Source: an uncultured archaeon
Lineage (GTDB): Archaea > Iainarchaeota > Iainarchaeia > Iainarchaeales > CSSED10-239
Length of the DNA stretch: 41,232 nt
Assembly (NCBI GenBank): GCA_964468895.1
Contig: CAYXWT010000002.1
Coordinates: forward strand, 1 to 41,232
Direction: 5' to 3'
Below are positions 9,128 through 19,198 of the stretch, piece by piece. Positions within the stretch are counted from its first letter, which is position 1; each line of letters starts with the position of its first letter. The notes beneath the pieces were generated by a model. It was given only the letters and a program-made list of their open reading frames with translations, was not told where the DNA came from and ran no database searches. The translations under genes and the position numbers were made by a program.

Positions 9128-10351
9128 ATGTTAGATACTTTAAATGTCAGAAAAGATTTTCCAATATTAAATAGAACCTTAGAAAATAATAAAAAATTAA
9201 TCTATTTTGATAATGCAGCGACTTCTCTTAAACCAAAATTAGTAATAGAAGCTATAAATAATTACTATTTAAATTGTCCAGCTAATGTTCATAGAGGTAA
9301 TCATAAATTATCTCAAAAAGCTTCTATTATTTATGAAGAAACTCATGATAAAGTTGCGAATTTTGTTAATTGTAAAAATAATGAAGTTATTTTTACTTTA
9401 AATAGTACAGATGCAATAAATGAAGTGATGTATAGTTTATATAATTCTAATTATTTTAAAAAAGATGATGAAATTATAGTTAGTTTAGCTGAACATCATG
9501 CAAATCTAGTTCCTTGGCAATATTTATCTAAAAAACTAGGCTTAATTTTAAAATTTATAAATATTAAAGATGATTTTACTTTAGATTTAGAAGATTTTAA
9601 AAATAAAATTACAAATAAAACAAAATTAGTTTGTATAAGTCATATATCTAATACTTTAGGAACTATTAATCCAATTAAAGATATAGGTAAAATTACTCAC
9701 AATTACAATTCTTTAATACTGGTTGATTGTTCTCAATCAGCACCACATCTAAAACTTGATTTTAAAGATTTAGATGCTGATTTTATAGTCTTTACAGCTC
9801 ATAAAATGTTAGGTCCAACAGGTATTGGATGTTTGATTGCTAAAGAAGAATTATTAAATAAATTAGAACCATTTAGATTTGGTGGAGGTATGATTAGTAA
9901 TGTTACAACTACTAATTCTGTTTGGAATAAACTACCTTTAAAATTTGAAGCTGGAACTCCAAATATTGCTGGTGCTTTTGGACTTAGTGCAGCTATTGAT
10001 TACTTAAGTAATATTGGTTTAGATAATATTTATAATAAAGATAAAGAATTATTAAAATACGCTATTGAAAAACTAGATCCTATTGATAATTTAAGTATTT
10101 ATAATATAAAAGATTATAATAAACAAGCACCAATTCTTCTTTTAGATTTGAAAGGTATTGATTGTAGAATATTTTCTACAATTCTTGATGATGAAGCAAA
10201 TATTGCAACTAGAGCTGGAGTTCATTGTGCTCAACCTATAATAAACAAATATACAAAAGATGGTTTTACAAGAGTATCTTTTTATTTTTATAATACTTTT
10301 GAAGAAATAGATGTTCTTGAAAAAACTATTAAAAAAATTAGTAATCTATAA
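9128..10351 (+). CDS. sufS: cysteine desulfurase / SufS-like class V aminotransferase
   Basis: YFDNAATSLKP, HHANLVPWQ, the PLP-lysine region FTAHKMLGPTGIGCL, and RAGVHCAQP (SufS active-site Cys loop). 407 aa. Confidence 0.85.
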   Translation: MLDTLNVRKDFPILNRTLENNKKLIYFDNAATSLKPKLVIEAINNYYLNCPANVHRGNHKLSQKASIIYEETHDKVANFVNCKNNEVIFTLNSTDAINEVMYSLYNSNYFKKDDEIIVSLAEHHANLVPWQYLSKKLGLILKFINIKDDFTLDLEDFKNKITNKTKLVCISHISNTLGTINPIKDIGKITHNYNSLILVDCSQSAPHLKLDFKDLDADFIVFTAHKMLGPTGIGCLIAKEELLNKLEPFRFGGGMISNVTTTNSVWNKLPLKFEAGTPNIAGAFGLSAAIDYLSNIGLDNIYNKDKELLKYAIEKLDPIDNLSIYNIKDYNKQAPILLLDLKGIDCRIFSTILDDEANIATRAGVHCAQPIINKYTKDGFTRVSFYFYNTFEEIDVLEKTIKKISNL

Positions 10352-10369
10352 TTACTTATTTTTTAAATT

Positions 10370-10837
10370 ATGATGTTTATGAATCTATTTATAATTTTTT
10401 TAATACTGTCACTAATAGATGTAATGATAATAATTTTTGTTTTTATTAAGTATCTTAAAGTTTTAAAGAAATATAATTTATTTAAAAAAATAAAATTATT
10501 TAAAATTAATGAAATTGTTTTAGGTATAGTTAGAGTTTCTGGAACTGCAAAAGTGATAAAGCTAATAAAAACACCTTTTTCTAAAACTAATTGTGTTTTT
10601 TATAGATATGTCGAAGCAAAATTTAATGTTCATAAAAAGTATGGTCATTCAGAAATTATAAAAGATGTTGTTAGTAAACAAAATTTTATGATAGAGGATG
10701 ATACTGGGAAGTTAGAAATAAATCCTATAAAAATATTTCCTGGTTTAGATCTTGAAAATTTTTTATACAATTTAATGATGATGGTAACAATAAAAATTAC
10801 TTTAATAAAAAAACATTTGAAAATATTAAAGAAATGA
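10370..10837 (+). CDS. hypothetical membrane protein, N-terminal part of a probably frameshifted gene
   Basis: N-terminal TM helix. The reading frame ends shortly after a T6 run at about 10759–10764. Adding one T joins it to ORF 10834–11145. Confidence 0.4.
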   Translation: MMFMNLFIIFLILSLIDVMIIIFVFIKYLKVLKKYNLFKKIKLFKINEIVLGIVRVSGTAKVIKLIKTPFSKTNCVFYRYVEAKFNVHKKYGHSEIIKDVVSKQNFMIEDDTGKLEINPIKIFPGLDLENFLYNLMMMVTIKITLIKKHLKILKK

Positions 10838-11145
10838 ACTCATCTAGTTGTTTTGTTTTTAAAGATGGAGATAAATTGTTATCGGAATATTTTATTTTGC
10901 CTGGTGAGAATGTAAGTGTTATTGGTAATATTAATAAAAAGAATAGTTTTTCAAATTATATTCTTGAATTTTTAAATAAAGATGATTTATTTGTTATTTG
11001 GCAAGGTAGTTTCAAAAAGTTAAAAAAAAAATATTGTGTAGTCCCAGGAATTCACCTTTTTATTTTTATTTTATTAATTTTATTTTCGATAGTTTTTTTT
11101 ATAGTGGGTTTATTTATGTTTATATTTTATTTTCTGTTTTTATAA
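10834..11145 (+). CDS. hypothetical protein with C-terminal TM helix, probably the 3' part of the same gene as 10370–10837
   Basis: Upstream sequence in this frame (FNDDGNNKNYFNKKTFENIKE) is open back to the T6 tract. C-terminal hydrophobic segment. Confidence 0.35.
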   Translation: MNSSSCFVFKDGDKLLSEYFILPGENVSVIGNINKKNSFSNYILEFLNKDDLFVIWQGSFKKLKKKYCVVPGIHLFIFILLILFSIVFFIVGLFMFIFYFLFL

Positions 11146-11273
11146 TGTTAAAATAGGGGCTTTTTTAATTAAAAACACATTATATAAATATTTTGGATAT
11201 TTAATATTTTATCTTTATATAAAAAGAGAGTGATATATAAATAAAAATATGAATTTTACTGGAGGTTTTAACA

Positions 11274-11549
11274 ATGGAAGAAGAAACAAACACTATTTTT
11301 ATTGGAAAAAAAAACACCATGGCTTATGTACTTGCTGTGATAACTCAGTTTAATCAAGGTGCCGAAGAAGTAGTTATTAAAGCTAGAGGTAAAACAATTT
11401 CAAAAGCAGTAGATGTATCAGAAATTGTAAAAAACAAATTTGTAAACACTCTTAAAGTTAAAAACATAATTATATCTACAGAAGAAATAATTACTGGAAA
11501 CGATACACCTATGAAAGTTTCAGCAATAGAGATTCAACTTCTTAAATAA
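11274..11549 (+). CDS. albA: Alba DNA/RNA-binding chromatin protein
   Basis: IFIGKKNTMAYVLAVITQFNQGAEEVVIKARGKTISKAVDVSEIVKNKF matches the Alba core (IfIGkKpvMnYVlAvlTql ... eVviKARGraIsrAVDvaEIvrnrf). GGAGGT RBS. Confidence 0.85.
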   Translation: MEEETNTIFIGKKNTMAYVLAVITQFNQGAEEVVIKARGKTISKAVDVSEIVKNKFVNTLKVKNIIISTEEIITGNDTPMKVSAIEIQLLK

Positions 11550-11590
11550 CATTTAAAATAAATTTTTACTTTATTTCTTTTTTTTAATTT

Positions 11591-12643
11591 TTAGTTATTT
11601 ATTATTTTAGGTATTGGTAAATTTAATTCTAAAAAGTAATGTTGTATTTTAGACGAGAACTTATGTTTGTTTACTTTGTCTATAGTTTTATTATTTGTAT
11701 TCAAAGGCCTTTTATTTAAATTTAAATATGTTTGCTTGGTTTTTAATTCTATTTTCTTATTATAAAATTTAGTATTTGTATTTTCTAGAAATAATGGTAT
11801 TTCTTTAATTAAATTATTAAGTAGAGCATATTCTGTTAAATATTGAATAAATTGTATATTCTCTTGTAAGTTTTTGTTTTTAATATTATTTATCATATTT
11901 TTATTAGAATGTATTTTTTTAGTTATATCTATTGATTTTTTTAAATCTTCTAGTTTCCTATTAATGTTAGTGGTAATTTCATAATCCAAATTATTTTTAT
12001 TATGTGCTAAAGATTTATTACTTATAATTAAATCTTTTTTAAAGAAATCATTTTCTAGAAGTGTATTAATTATTTGTGAATTTTTTATGTTTTTTTGAGG
12101 TTTAGTTTTTAATAGGTTGCTTATTATTAGTTTTTTAGTAATTGGTTCAATTAATTTCTTTTGAATATTTAAATTGGTATTTTCTAGATATTTTTTTACA
12201 CCTAAATGAATTAAATCTTTACTATCTACTTTTCTAATTTTGTTTTTTAAAATTAAAGAAAATGAATCATAATACGACCAATTATTATTTATTAAAAACT
12301 GTCTTTCAGGTTCAATTTCTAATATCTCTTTATTTAAAGAATACTTTAGTATATTTTGACATTTTCTAAGAATAATATTATTTACAGATATGATTTTTAT
12401 TTTGTTTTTTTCAATTTTTTTTATTTTTATTAACCCTTTAAATTCAGAAAGTAAATTAGATATCATTTCTTTAGAATTATTAATTATAAAATAGGGGTAG
12501 TATTTTTCTTTATGAATATATTCAAAATTATTAGATAAAGGATTTCTAGAAAAATATAGCTTGATTCTGCTTTTATTATTTTCATATTCAGCATTTAAAA
12601 GAAAATATTTTTCTTTATCTTTATTTGTATTTTTTAATTCCAT
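11591..12643 (-). CDS. hypothetical Lys/Asn-rich protein (350 aa)
   Basis: Long clean ORF. The N-terminal 130 aa show a weak PolB-N-terminal-domain-like pattern (see findings). No catalytic motifs. Confidence 0.45.
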   Translation of the reverse strand: MELKNTNKDKEKYFLLNAEYENNKSRIKLYFSRNPLSNNFEYIHKEKYYPYFIINNSKEMISNLLSEFKGLIKIKKIEKNKIKIISVNNIILRKCQNILKYSLNKEILEIEPERQFLINNNWSYYDSFSLILKNKIRKVDSKDLIHLGVKKYLENTNLNIQKKLIEPITKKLIISNLLKTKPQKNIKNSQIINTLLENDFFKKDLIISNKSLAHNKNNLDYEITTNINRKLEDLKKSIDITKKIHSNKNMINNIKNKNLQENIQFIQYLTEYALLNNLIKEIPLFLENTNTKFYNKKIELKTKQTYLNLNKRPLNTNNKTIDKVNKHKFSSKIQHYFLELNLPIPKIINN

Positions 12644-12778
12644 AATTTTTAAACCATTTTCAATTAATTTTTAGATTAATATATATTTAACCTTTAAAGC
12701 AGGTAATGTTTTTGAAAGAGGGTAGTTGGCCGTAGCAAATAAATATATATATAAAGAAAATGTTCTTTATTTTATTAT

Positions 12779-14485
12779 ATGTTTTTAAATAATACTTCTA
12801 AAAATCAATATTATTACGAATTTAAATTAATTTTGTTTTCAATATTTTTATTATTTATATTTAAGTTAGTGGTGATTAAAGATCCTGGGCTTATAATAAC
12901 TACATTTATATTTGAGAGTTTAATTTTTTTATTAATATTTCTTTTATTTTATAAATTTAGAAATCGTACCGCAGATTTTATCTTTTATATATTTTATTTT
13001 GTACATTTTATAACATCTATTTTGAACACATATTATATTCAAGACATATTATTTAGAAAATTATCTTTATTATCTTTAGATTGGGGGTCAATTTTATTTT
13101 TTATAAAAAACATACTTCCTTTAAATTTAATGATAGTTTTTGTTTTTGCAATAATAATTTTATTAACAGTTCCTAGATTTGTAAAAATTAATTTTAAATT
13201 TAATAAATATCTTTGTAATAAAAATTATATTTTAAGTATAATTTTAATTATCTTTTTTCTTGTAATTATTCCTTTAATTTCTGGAGATCATTTTACAAGT
13301 CCTTATGTTAATAGTTTTAGAAGTATTAATTTTACAAAACAAGAGGTTAATGTTTATGATTATCAAGTTTTAGAAGATATTAATTATGATTCTGATTTTA
13401 ATTATCTTTTTAGTGAAATTGAATATCCTGATTCTAATATGATTTTAGATTATAATAGAGTATTAGTTTTTGTGGCTGAGTCTTTACCTACTAATAAATT
13501 TGAATTAGAATTAAAACTAGGTGATGAAGATAATTTTTTTAATAAGGTAAAAGATAAATCTATATTTTTTGATAATTATTCTACTAATAATCAAGATAGT
13601 AGAACTGCAGTAATGAGTATGCTTTCAGGTATATTTATACCTTATGAATCTTATAGACATGCTGATTGGTATGGTCTTTATGCTAAAAAGGTTCTTAATA
13701 AAAATAATCTTGTAGATTATTTTAATAGTAAAGGTTATTCTACAGAATTTATGATTTCTTCTATAGAAACCCCTATTGTAGGTGCTTATTATAATTGGCA
13801 AGTTAATCATAATATAGATGATAAAGAAGAATATAATAAATTTAATAATAATAATATCTGTATGCATGTTTTAGAATACCAATATGGTTGTGAGGATATG
13901 GATCTTCTTGATGATCTTAAAGATCTGTTAAAAAATAAAGATAAATTGTTTTTTATGCAAGAATTTATATTTGGCCACAATCAGGACTATCTTAGTTTAT
14001 CTGGTATGAATAGAACTCAATATTATAGTTCTTATCTCAATAAAGTTTATACTTTTTTAGAATATGAAGATTTATTAGATGGTACTTTAATAGTATTTGT
14101 TGGAGATCATGGATCTAAAGAGTATAATACTATAAGATTAGATACAGGTTATAAAGTACCTTTAGTCTTAGTTTCTAATAATTTTGAGTCTAAGATTATT
14201 TCAAAACCTTATTCTCATATTAATTTCCCAGAAATTTTATATTCAGTGGTTTTAGATAATAATAAATCTAATTTGGAATTTCCAAAAATAGATGTTAATT
14301 ATGTTTTATTTTATGGATCTACTAGTAGTAATTTATTTGGATTTTCTAAAGATAGAAGTTATGCTATATATAATATAACTTTAAATCCTATAGTTGAAAC
14401 TTATGCCAATATTTCTGAAAATGATGCTGATTATATGTATAATCTAATTTATAATTATAAAAAATATTTTGATATTCAAAAGTAA
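12779..14485 (+). CDS. sulfatase/alkaline-phosphatase-superfamily membrane protein (LtaS / phosphoglycerol- or phosphoethanolamine-transferase-like)
   Basis: About 5 N-terminal TM helices followed by a soluble domain with VFVAESLP, NYSTNNQDSRTAVMSMLSG, IVFVGDHG. This is the LtaS/MdoB/EptA-like architecture. Confidence 0.55.
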   Translation: MFLNNTSKNQYYYEFKLILFSIFLLFIFKLVVIKDPGLIITTFIFESLIFLLIFLLFYKFRNRTADFIFYIFYFVHFITSILNTYYIQDILFRKLSLLSLDWGSILFFIKNILPLNLMIVFVFAIIILLTVPRFVKINFKFNKYLCNKNYILSIILIIFFLVIIPLISGDHFTSPYVNSFRSINFTKQEVNVYDYQVLEDINYDSDFNYLFSEIEYPDSNMILDYNRVLVFVAESLPTNKFELELKLGDEDNFFNKVKDKSIFFDNYSTNNQDSRTAVMSMLSGIFIPYESYRHADWYGLYAKKVLNKNNLVDYFNSKGYSTEFMISSIETPIVGAYYNWQVNHNIDDKEEYNKFNNNNICMHVLEYQYGCEDMDLLDDLKDLLKNKDKLFFMQEFIFGHNQDYLSLSGMNRTQYYSSYLNKVYTFLEYEDLLDGTLIVFVGDHGSKEYNTIRLDTGYKVPLVLVSNNFESKIISKPYSHINFPEILYSVVLDNNKSNLEFPKIDVNYVLFYGSTSSNLFGFSKDRSYAIYNITLNPIVETYANISENDADYMYNLIYNYKKYFDIQK

Positions 14486-14497
14486 ATAGGTGATAAA

Positions 14498-15397
14498 ATG
14501 ATTTATGTGGTAGGGCATGAATACCCTAAAAGTGATATAGATTCTGTGTTTTCTTCAATTTTACTTTCTAACTTTTTAGAGAATAATTCTAAATGTAAAA
14601 CTAAGCCTATAAGATTTAATAAAAAAGTAAAAAATATTGATCTAATTCTACAGAAACTAAAATTTGACTATCCTAAAAAGTATAAAGTTAAAGATAATGA
14701 TTTGTTTGTACTAGTAGATCATAATGATTTAGATCAATCTCTTAATCATTATAATCTCTCTAATAAAGTTTGGGGTATTATAGATCATCATTCTGATTTA
14801 CATACTGTAAAACCTATTGAATTTAATATTAATAAAAAAATAGGTGCTACTGCAACAATTATTTATCAACTATATAAAGAAAAGAATATTAAAATTACTA
14901 AAAAAATTGCTCAATTGTTTGTATATGCTATAATTTCGGACACCAAAAATCTACTTTTAGAGACAACTACTAAAAAAGATATTATCGCACTTGATGAATT
15001 GTATTCTAAATTTAAATTAAAAGATAAATCTAAAATATTTGCAGAAATTTATAATTTTAAAGATTTAAATAATGTGTCTTGTTCTAAGTTATTAGATAAT
15101 AGTTATAAGTTTTATAATTTTAATAATTCTAAAATACGTATTAGTAATATAAATGTAGACTCTAGTTTTAATAAACAAGAATTGGTTATAGATTATTTAA
15201 AAAATAATATCTCTAAAACATATTCTGAATTTGATTTAGTTGTTCTTTCATTTAAGGATTTTGATATTTTTAAGACAAAAGTATTTTACTTTGGAAAACT
15301 AAAGTGTTATTTTAAAAATTACACTTATAATTTTTTAAGAACTAGAAAGATATTAGCCTTTAAAATTAAAACTAAGTTAGATTCTTTAAAATATTGA
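14498..15397 (+). CDS. ppaC: DHH-family phosphoesterase, family II inorganic pyrophosphatase-like
   Basis: MIYVVGHEYPKSDIDS, LVDHND, IIDHHSD and GATATIIYQL match the DHH motifs I–IV of PpaC/NrnA-type enzymes. 299 aa. Confidence 0.6.
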   Translation: MIYVVGHEYPKSDIDSVFSSILLSNFLENNSKCKTKPIRFNKKVKNIDLILQKLKFDYPKKYKVKDNDLFVLVDHNDLDQSLNHYNLSNKVWGIIDHHSDLHTVKPIEFNINKKIGATATIIYQLYKEKNIKITKKIAQLFVYAIISDTKNLLLETTTKKDIIALDELYSKFKLKDKSKIFAEIYNFKDLNNVSCSKLLDNSYKFYNFNNSKIRISNINVDSSFNKQELVIDYLKNNISKTYSEFDLVVLSFKDFDIFKTKVFYFGKLKCYFKNYTYNFLRTRKILAFKIKTKLDSLKY

Positions 15398-15470
15398 CAT
15401 TTTTTTAAATATAAATTATATTTATATAGACTTTGATAGTATTATATATTATTAGAATATAGGTTTTCAT

Positions 15471-16805
15471 ATGAATTTTAAATCATTATTTAATAAAAAT
15501 AAAATTTCAAATAAATTGTTCTTACTTTTTATTTTTATAGTTATAGCAATGTTTGTGCATTATTCATTTAAGTTAAACTGGTTTTTATTTATTACTCTTT
15601 CAGCAATATTCTTATATATGACAATTATATTTATATTTACTTATTTTTTATATCCTGAAATTTCAAAAACTAAAAAATTACCAGCAAAATTACCACAAGT
15701 TGTAGCAGTGACTTATGCTTTTAATGATTGGACTGCTGTAAGATATACTGTTGAAAAACTAAAAAAATTAAAATATCCAAAAAAAGTTCCTATATATGTT
15801 ATAACAGATGGTACTTGTAAATTTTTAGATTCTGATAAAGATATAACCCAGATAGTTTTACCTAAAAAATATTTTACTGGAAATCAAATAAATGTAAAAG
15901 CTACAATTATGAATCTAGGTCTTAAAAAAATAAAAACAGATTATTTATTTTGTGTAGATGGGGATACTCTTCCTAATGCTGATGCACTAATAAATATGGT
16001 TGGATTTATGACTAAAAATGTAGCTGTTGTTAATGGAATATTATTACCAAGTAATAATAAAAATTTTTTAGAAAAATTACAAACTTTAGAATATAATTTT
16101 AGTTGGGGTATAAGTCTAAGAGTTTTATCTGCATTAAATTCTATAAGTGTTGCTGTTGGAGGTATGTGCTTAATTAAAAAAGCTGCTTTTGATAAGGTAG
16201 GTGGCTATGATGAAACTAATGTTACCGAGGATAGAGAACTTGCTTATAGACTTATGGAAGAAGGCTATGTTATAAGATGTGCTGAAAGTTCAAGAGGTTA
16301 TACTGAAGTTCCAAATACTATTAAATCTTTTTTTAATCAAAGATTTAGATGGTACACAGGAGAAATCGCTACAATCTGCAAACATAAAAAGTTTCTATTT
16401 AATCATAATCAAGATGTTTTTGGTTTAATTGTTTTACCTTATACTTTTATTATGCAAATAGTGGGTGTTGCATTAGTTATTAAAATGTTATTTTTTAATT
16501 TTAAAAATTGGTTGATTTTCAATTATTATTATTTGTTAGAATCTTTGAAGTATGGTGTTTTAAGTTTACAATTTTCTAAGTTTGTTTATTTGCCTTCAAC
16601 AACAATTATGGGAGGTATGATAATTTGTATATTTATTATCTTTGCTTTATTATCTTTTTCATTTAGTGATTTTGAATTAAAACCAAAATATTATTTTCCA
16701 TTTTTTATATTTTCCTCACTTTATGGTGCAGGATTATTAGGTATATATATTTATTCTATGATTAGAGAATTTTTAGGAAGTGATTACAGATGGGTAAAAA
16801 GTTAG
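15471..16805 (+). CDS. membrane-embedded processive family-2 glycosyltransferase
   Basis: N-terminal TM helices, GT-A domain with D.D-like CVDGDTL, and the QRFRW motif typical of processive GT2 synthases (cellulose/chitin/hyaluronan synthase-like). C-terminal multi-TM region. Confidence 0.75.
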   Translation: MNFKSLFNKNKISNKLFLLFIFIVIAMFVHYSFKLNWFLFITLSAIFLYMTIIFIFTYFLYPEISKTKKLPAKLPQVVAVTYAFNDWTAVRYTVEKLKKLKYPKKVPIYVITDGTCKFLDSDKDITQIVLPKKYFTGNQINVKATIMNLGLKKIKTDYLFCVDGDTLPNADALINMVGFMTKNVAVVNGILLPSNNKNFLEKLQTLEYNFSWGISLRVLSALNSISVAVGGMCLIKKAAFDKVGGYDETNVTEDRELAYRLMEEGYVIRCAESSRGYTEVPNTIKSFFNQRFRWYTGEIATICKHKKFLFNHNQDVFGLIVLPYTFIMQIVGVALVIKMLFFNFKNWLIFNYYYLLESLKYGVLSLQFSKFVYLPSTTIMGGMIICIFIIFALLSFSFSDFELKPKYYFPFFIFSSLYGAGLLGIYIYSMIREFLGSDYRWVKS

Positions 16806-17497
16806 AAAGTGACCATAAGGTCAATAAAAATATATTTTTAGCTGCATTATTATTTTTATTAATATTTATAGTGGCAGGTTATTCAGGAATTATGTTATAT
16901 GATTCATATAAAAAAGATACTTTAGAATATGATTATTCTTTATTAAACCAACAAGTATTATTGGATGACTTATATGATAATTATTTAGAAGATGTGAATT
17001 CACAAGATGAAAAATGTGCCATTTTAGTTAATCAATTAGATTCTCAATTAGAAGTAAATAAAGAGCTATTTGAAAGATTAACATTAATTAATAAAAATGC
17101 AATTGTAGATACTGATAATAAATTAAAATACACTTATGTTTTGACAAATATTAAACTTTGGTTACATTATAATAAAATAACTAAAGAATGTAAAGATTTA
17201 AATCTTACAAGTGGACTTTATTTTTATCCAGAAGTTAAGAGTGATAATAGTAAACGTGAAATGTTATATGCTAAAACTATAGTTTTTCAAAAAAAATTAC
17301 AAGAATTTGATAAGGCTTGTAATTATGATTCTTTTGCTTTGCCATATCTTTCTTATATACCTATATTAAATCAAATAATATCTGATTATAATGTCACACA
17401 AAGTCCAGCAGCTGTTGTTAATGGTAAAGTTATTTATGAATTTCCAAAAGATATGAATGCTGAATTTTATGCTAGTTATGGATGTACTTTGAAATAA
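16790..17497 (+). CDS. hypothetical membrane-anchored protein (235 aa)
   Basis: N-terminal TM helix. Overlaps the GT2 3' end by 16 nt, suggesting co-transcription. Confidence 0.4.
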   Translation: MGKKLESDHKVNKNIFLAALLFLLIFIVAGYSGIMLYDSYKKDTLEYDYSLLNQQVLLDDLYDNYLEDVNSQDEKCAILVNQLDSQLEVNKELFERLTLINKNAIVDTDNKLKYTYVLTNIKLWLHYNKITKECKDLNLTSGLYFYPEVKSDNSKREMLYAKTIVFQKKLQEFDKACNYDSFALPYLSYIPILNQIISDYNVTQSPAAVVNGKVIYEFPKDMNAEFYASYGCTLK

Positions 17498-17514
17498 AAA
17501 AAAAGATCTTTAAA

Positions 17515-18177
17515 TTATTCTTTTAAATTTTTATTTTCATATTGACAAAATTTTGTGATAGGACAATTAAAACAATTTGGTTTTCTAGGATAACATATAT
17601 TTTGTCCTAATATTACAAATAAATAATTTGTTTTACTCCAGTATTTTTTAGGAAGATTTTGTCTAAGATAAAATTCAGTTTCTAAATTTGTTTTGGTATT
17701 AATTAATCTTATTCTATTTAGTATTCTATGTACATGTACATCTACACAAATTGCAGGTGTTGAATAAGCAACACTTAAAACTAGATTTGCAGTTTTTCTA
17801 CCAACACCAGGTAATTGAATTAACTCTTCAATAGTATTTGGTATTTTATTATTAAATTTAGTTTCTATTATTTTTGGCAGTTTTTTAAGATGTATGGTTT
17901 TTTTTTTATAAAAGCCAACACCATATAGAATTTCTTCTAATTCTTTTGGATCTATTTTTTTAAGATCAGAAAAAGATTTGATTTTTTTAAATAATTTATT
18001 GCAAACTCTGGCTGTTGTTGTATCTTTAGTTCTACTAGAAAGAATAGTTCCAATTAAAACAAAAAAAGGATCTTTGGTTTTAATATGTATTTGTTCAGCT
18101 AAAGGTATTTTATAATCAATTAAACTTTTGGATAATATATCATATATTTTTATAGTTTTATTAATATCTAGTTTCAT
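17515..18177 (-). CDS. nth: endonuclease III (HhH-GPD DNA glycosylase, 4Fe-4S)
   Basis: LIGTILSSRTKD, helix-hairpin-helix LPGVGRKTANLVL, and the C-terminal Cys cluster CYPRKPNCFNCPITKFC. Confidence 0.85.
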   Translation of the reverse strand: MKLDINKTIKIYDILSKSLIDYKIPLAEQIHIKTKDPFFVLIGTILSSRTKDTTTARVCNKLFKKIKSFSDLKKIDPKELEEILYGVGFYKKKTIHLKKLPKIIETKFNNKIPNTIEELIQLPGVGRKTANLVLSVAYSTPAICVDVHVHRILNRIRLINTKTNLETEFYLRQNLPKKYWSKTNYLFVILGQNICYPRKPNCFNCPITKFCQYENKNLKE

Positions 18178-18222
18178 GATTTTTCAAAAAAGTATTTTAA
18201 ATTTAACTGTACTATTTATATT

Positions 18223-18717
18223 ATGGATAATAGAATTTATAAATATAAAATATTGTTTGTGTGTACTGGTAATGTTTTTAGAAGTTTGTCTGCAAAATAT
18301 TTGTTAGATGAATTTTTAAAAGAAAAAGGTATTAACAATGTTTTTGTAGATTCTGCAGGAATAATTGCAAAACCTCAAAATTTAATCTTTAGTGTTGTTT
18401 CAGAATTAGGTCTATTAGGTGTTGACATAAAAGATCATAAACAAAAAAAATTAACCCAGGAAATGATTTGTAATTATGATTTAGTTGTGGCAATTAGTAA
18501 AAATCATCAAAAATTTATAAAGGATAATTTTAATCTTAATGTTCCTCTATTTTTAGAAATTGTTAAAAATAAAAAAGAAGATATTAAAGATAACCGTGAA
18601 GTTTTAGATAATTTAAATGGGTGGGCAGAAGATATGTATAATAAATCTATAGTTAGAAAAATTTATAGGTATATTCCTGAGTTTTATAATAACTTTGAAA
18701 AATTCATAAAAAAATAA
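18223..18717 (+). CDS. low-molecular-weight protein-tyrosine phosphatase / ArsC-like
   Basis: ILFVCTGNVFRS is the CX5R(S) P-loop of LMW-PTPs. Also DSAG motif. 164 aa. Confidence 0.6.
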   Translation: MDNRIYKYKILFVCTGNVFRSLSAKYLLDEFLKEKGINNVFVDSAGIIAKPQNLIFSVVSELGLLGVDIKDHKQKKLTQEMICNYDLVVAISKNHQKFIKDNFNLNVPLFLEIVKNKKEDIKDNREVLDNLNGWAEDMYNKSIVRKIYRYIPEFYNNFEKFIKK

Positions 18718-18720
18718 CTT

Positions 18721-19161
18721 TTAAATATTTCCAGAAGATCCAAATCCTTTTTCTCCTCTAATTGTTTCATCAAGGCTTTCTACTTCTATTATTTTGTCTT
18801 TAAATATAATAGTTGGAATTAATTGAGCAATTTTGTGCCCTTTTTCAATTTTTATATCTTTATCACTACTATTAAATAAACAAATTTTTATTTCTCCAGT
18901 ATATTCTCTATCAATAACACCTGCAAAAACATCAAGTCCCATTTTAACTGAAAGTCCACTTTTAGGAGCGATTCTTCCATAAACATCTTCATAATGATTG
19001 CCAATTTTAGGTAATTGTATAGCAATTCCAGTAGAAACTGTTTCTCTAGATTTTGCTTTTATTGTTATTTCTTGATCAGAAAATAAATCATAACCGGCAT
19101 CATTTTCATGAGCTTTAATTGGTAATTTTGCAGTTTCTGTTAATTTTTTTACTTTAATCAT
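18721..19161 (-). CDS. dut: dUTP diphosphatase
   Basis: AGYDL, RIAPKSGL, GVIDREYTGEI and the C-terminal GEKGFGSSG are the dUTPase motifs 1–5. Confidence 0.85.
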   Translation of the reverse strand: MIKVKKLTETAKLPIKAHENDAGYDLFSDQEITIKAKSRETVSTGIAIQLPKIGNHYEDVYGRIAPKSGLSVKMGLDVFAGVIDREYTGEIKICLFNSSDKDIKIEKGHKIAQLIPTIIFKDKIIEVESLDETIRGEKGFGSSGNI

Positions 19162-19198
19162 TTTTAGACCTCTTTTTTATAGTGATATTTTTAGAATA

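Noticed and set aside
11140-11170. Weak AT-stem hairpin plus GGGGCTTTTTT after ORF 10834–11145
   Set aside because: The stem consists only of A:T pairs. It is possibly an oligo-T terminator but too weak to call as a feature.
12700-12740. GC-rich stretch GGGTAGTTGGCCGTAGC considered as a tRNA or tRNA fragment
   Set aside because: I could not fold a cloverleaf. There are no acceptor, anticodon or T stems. It is treated as a possible regulatory motif instead.
13625-13867. 80-aa minus-strand ORF
   Set aside because: It is antisense to the sulfatase-family gene.
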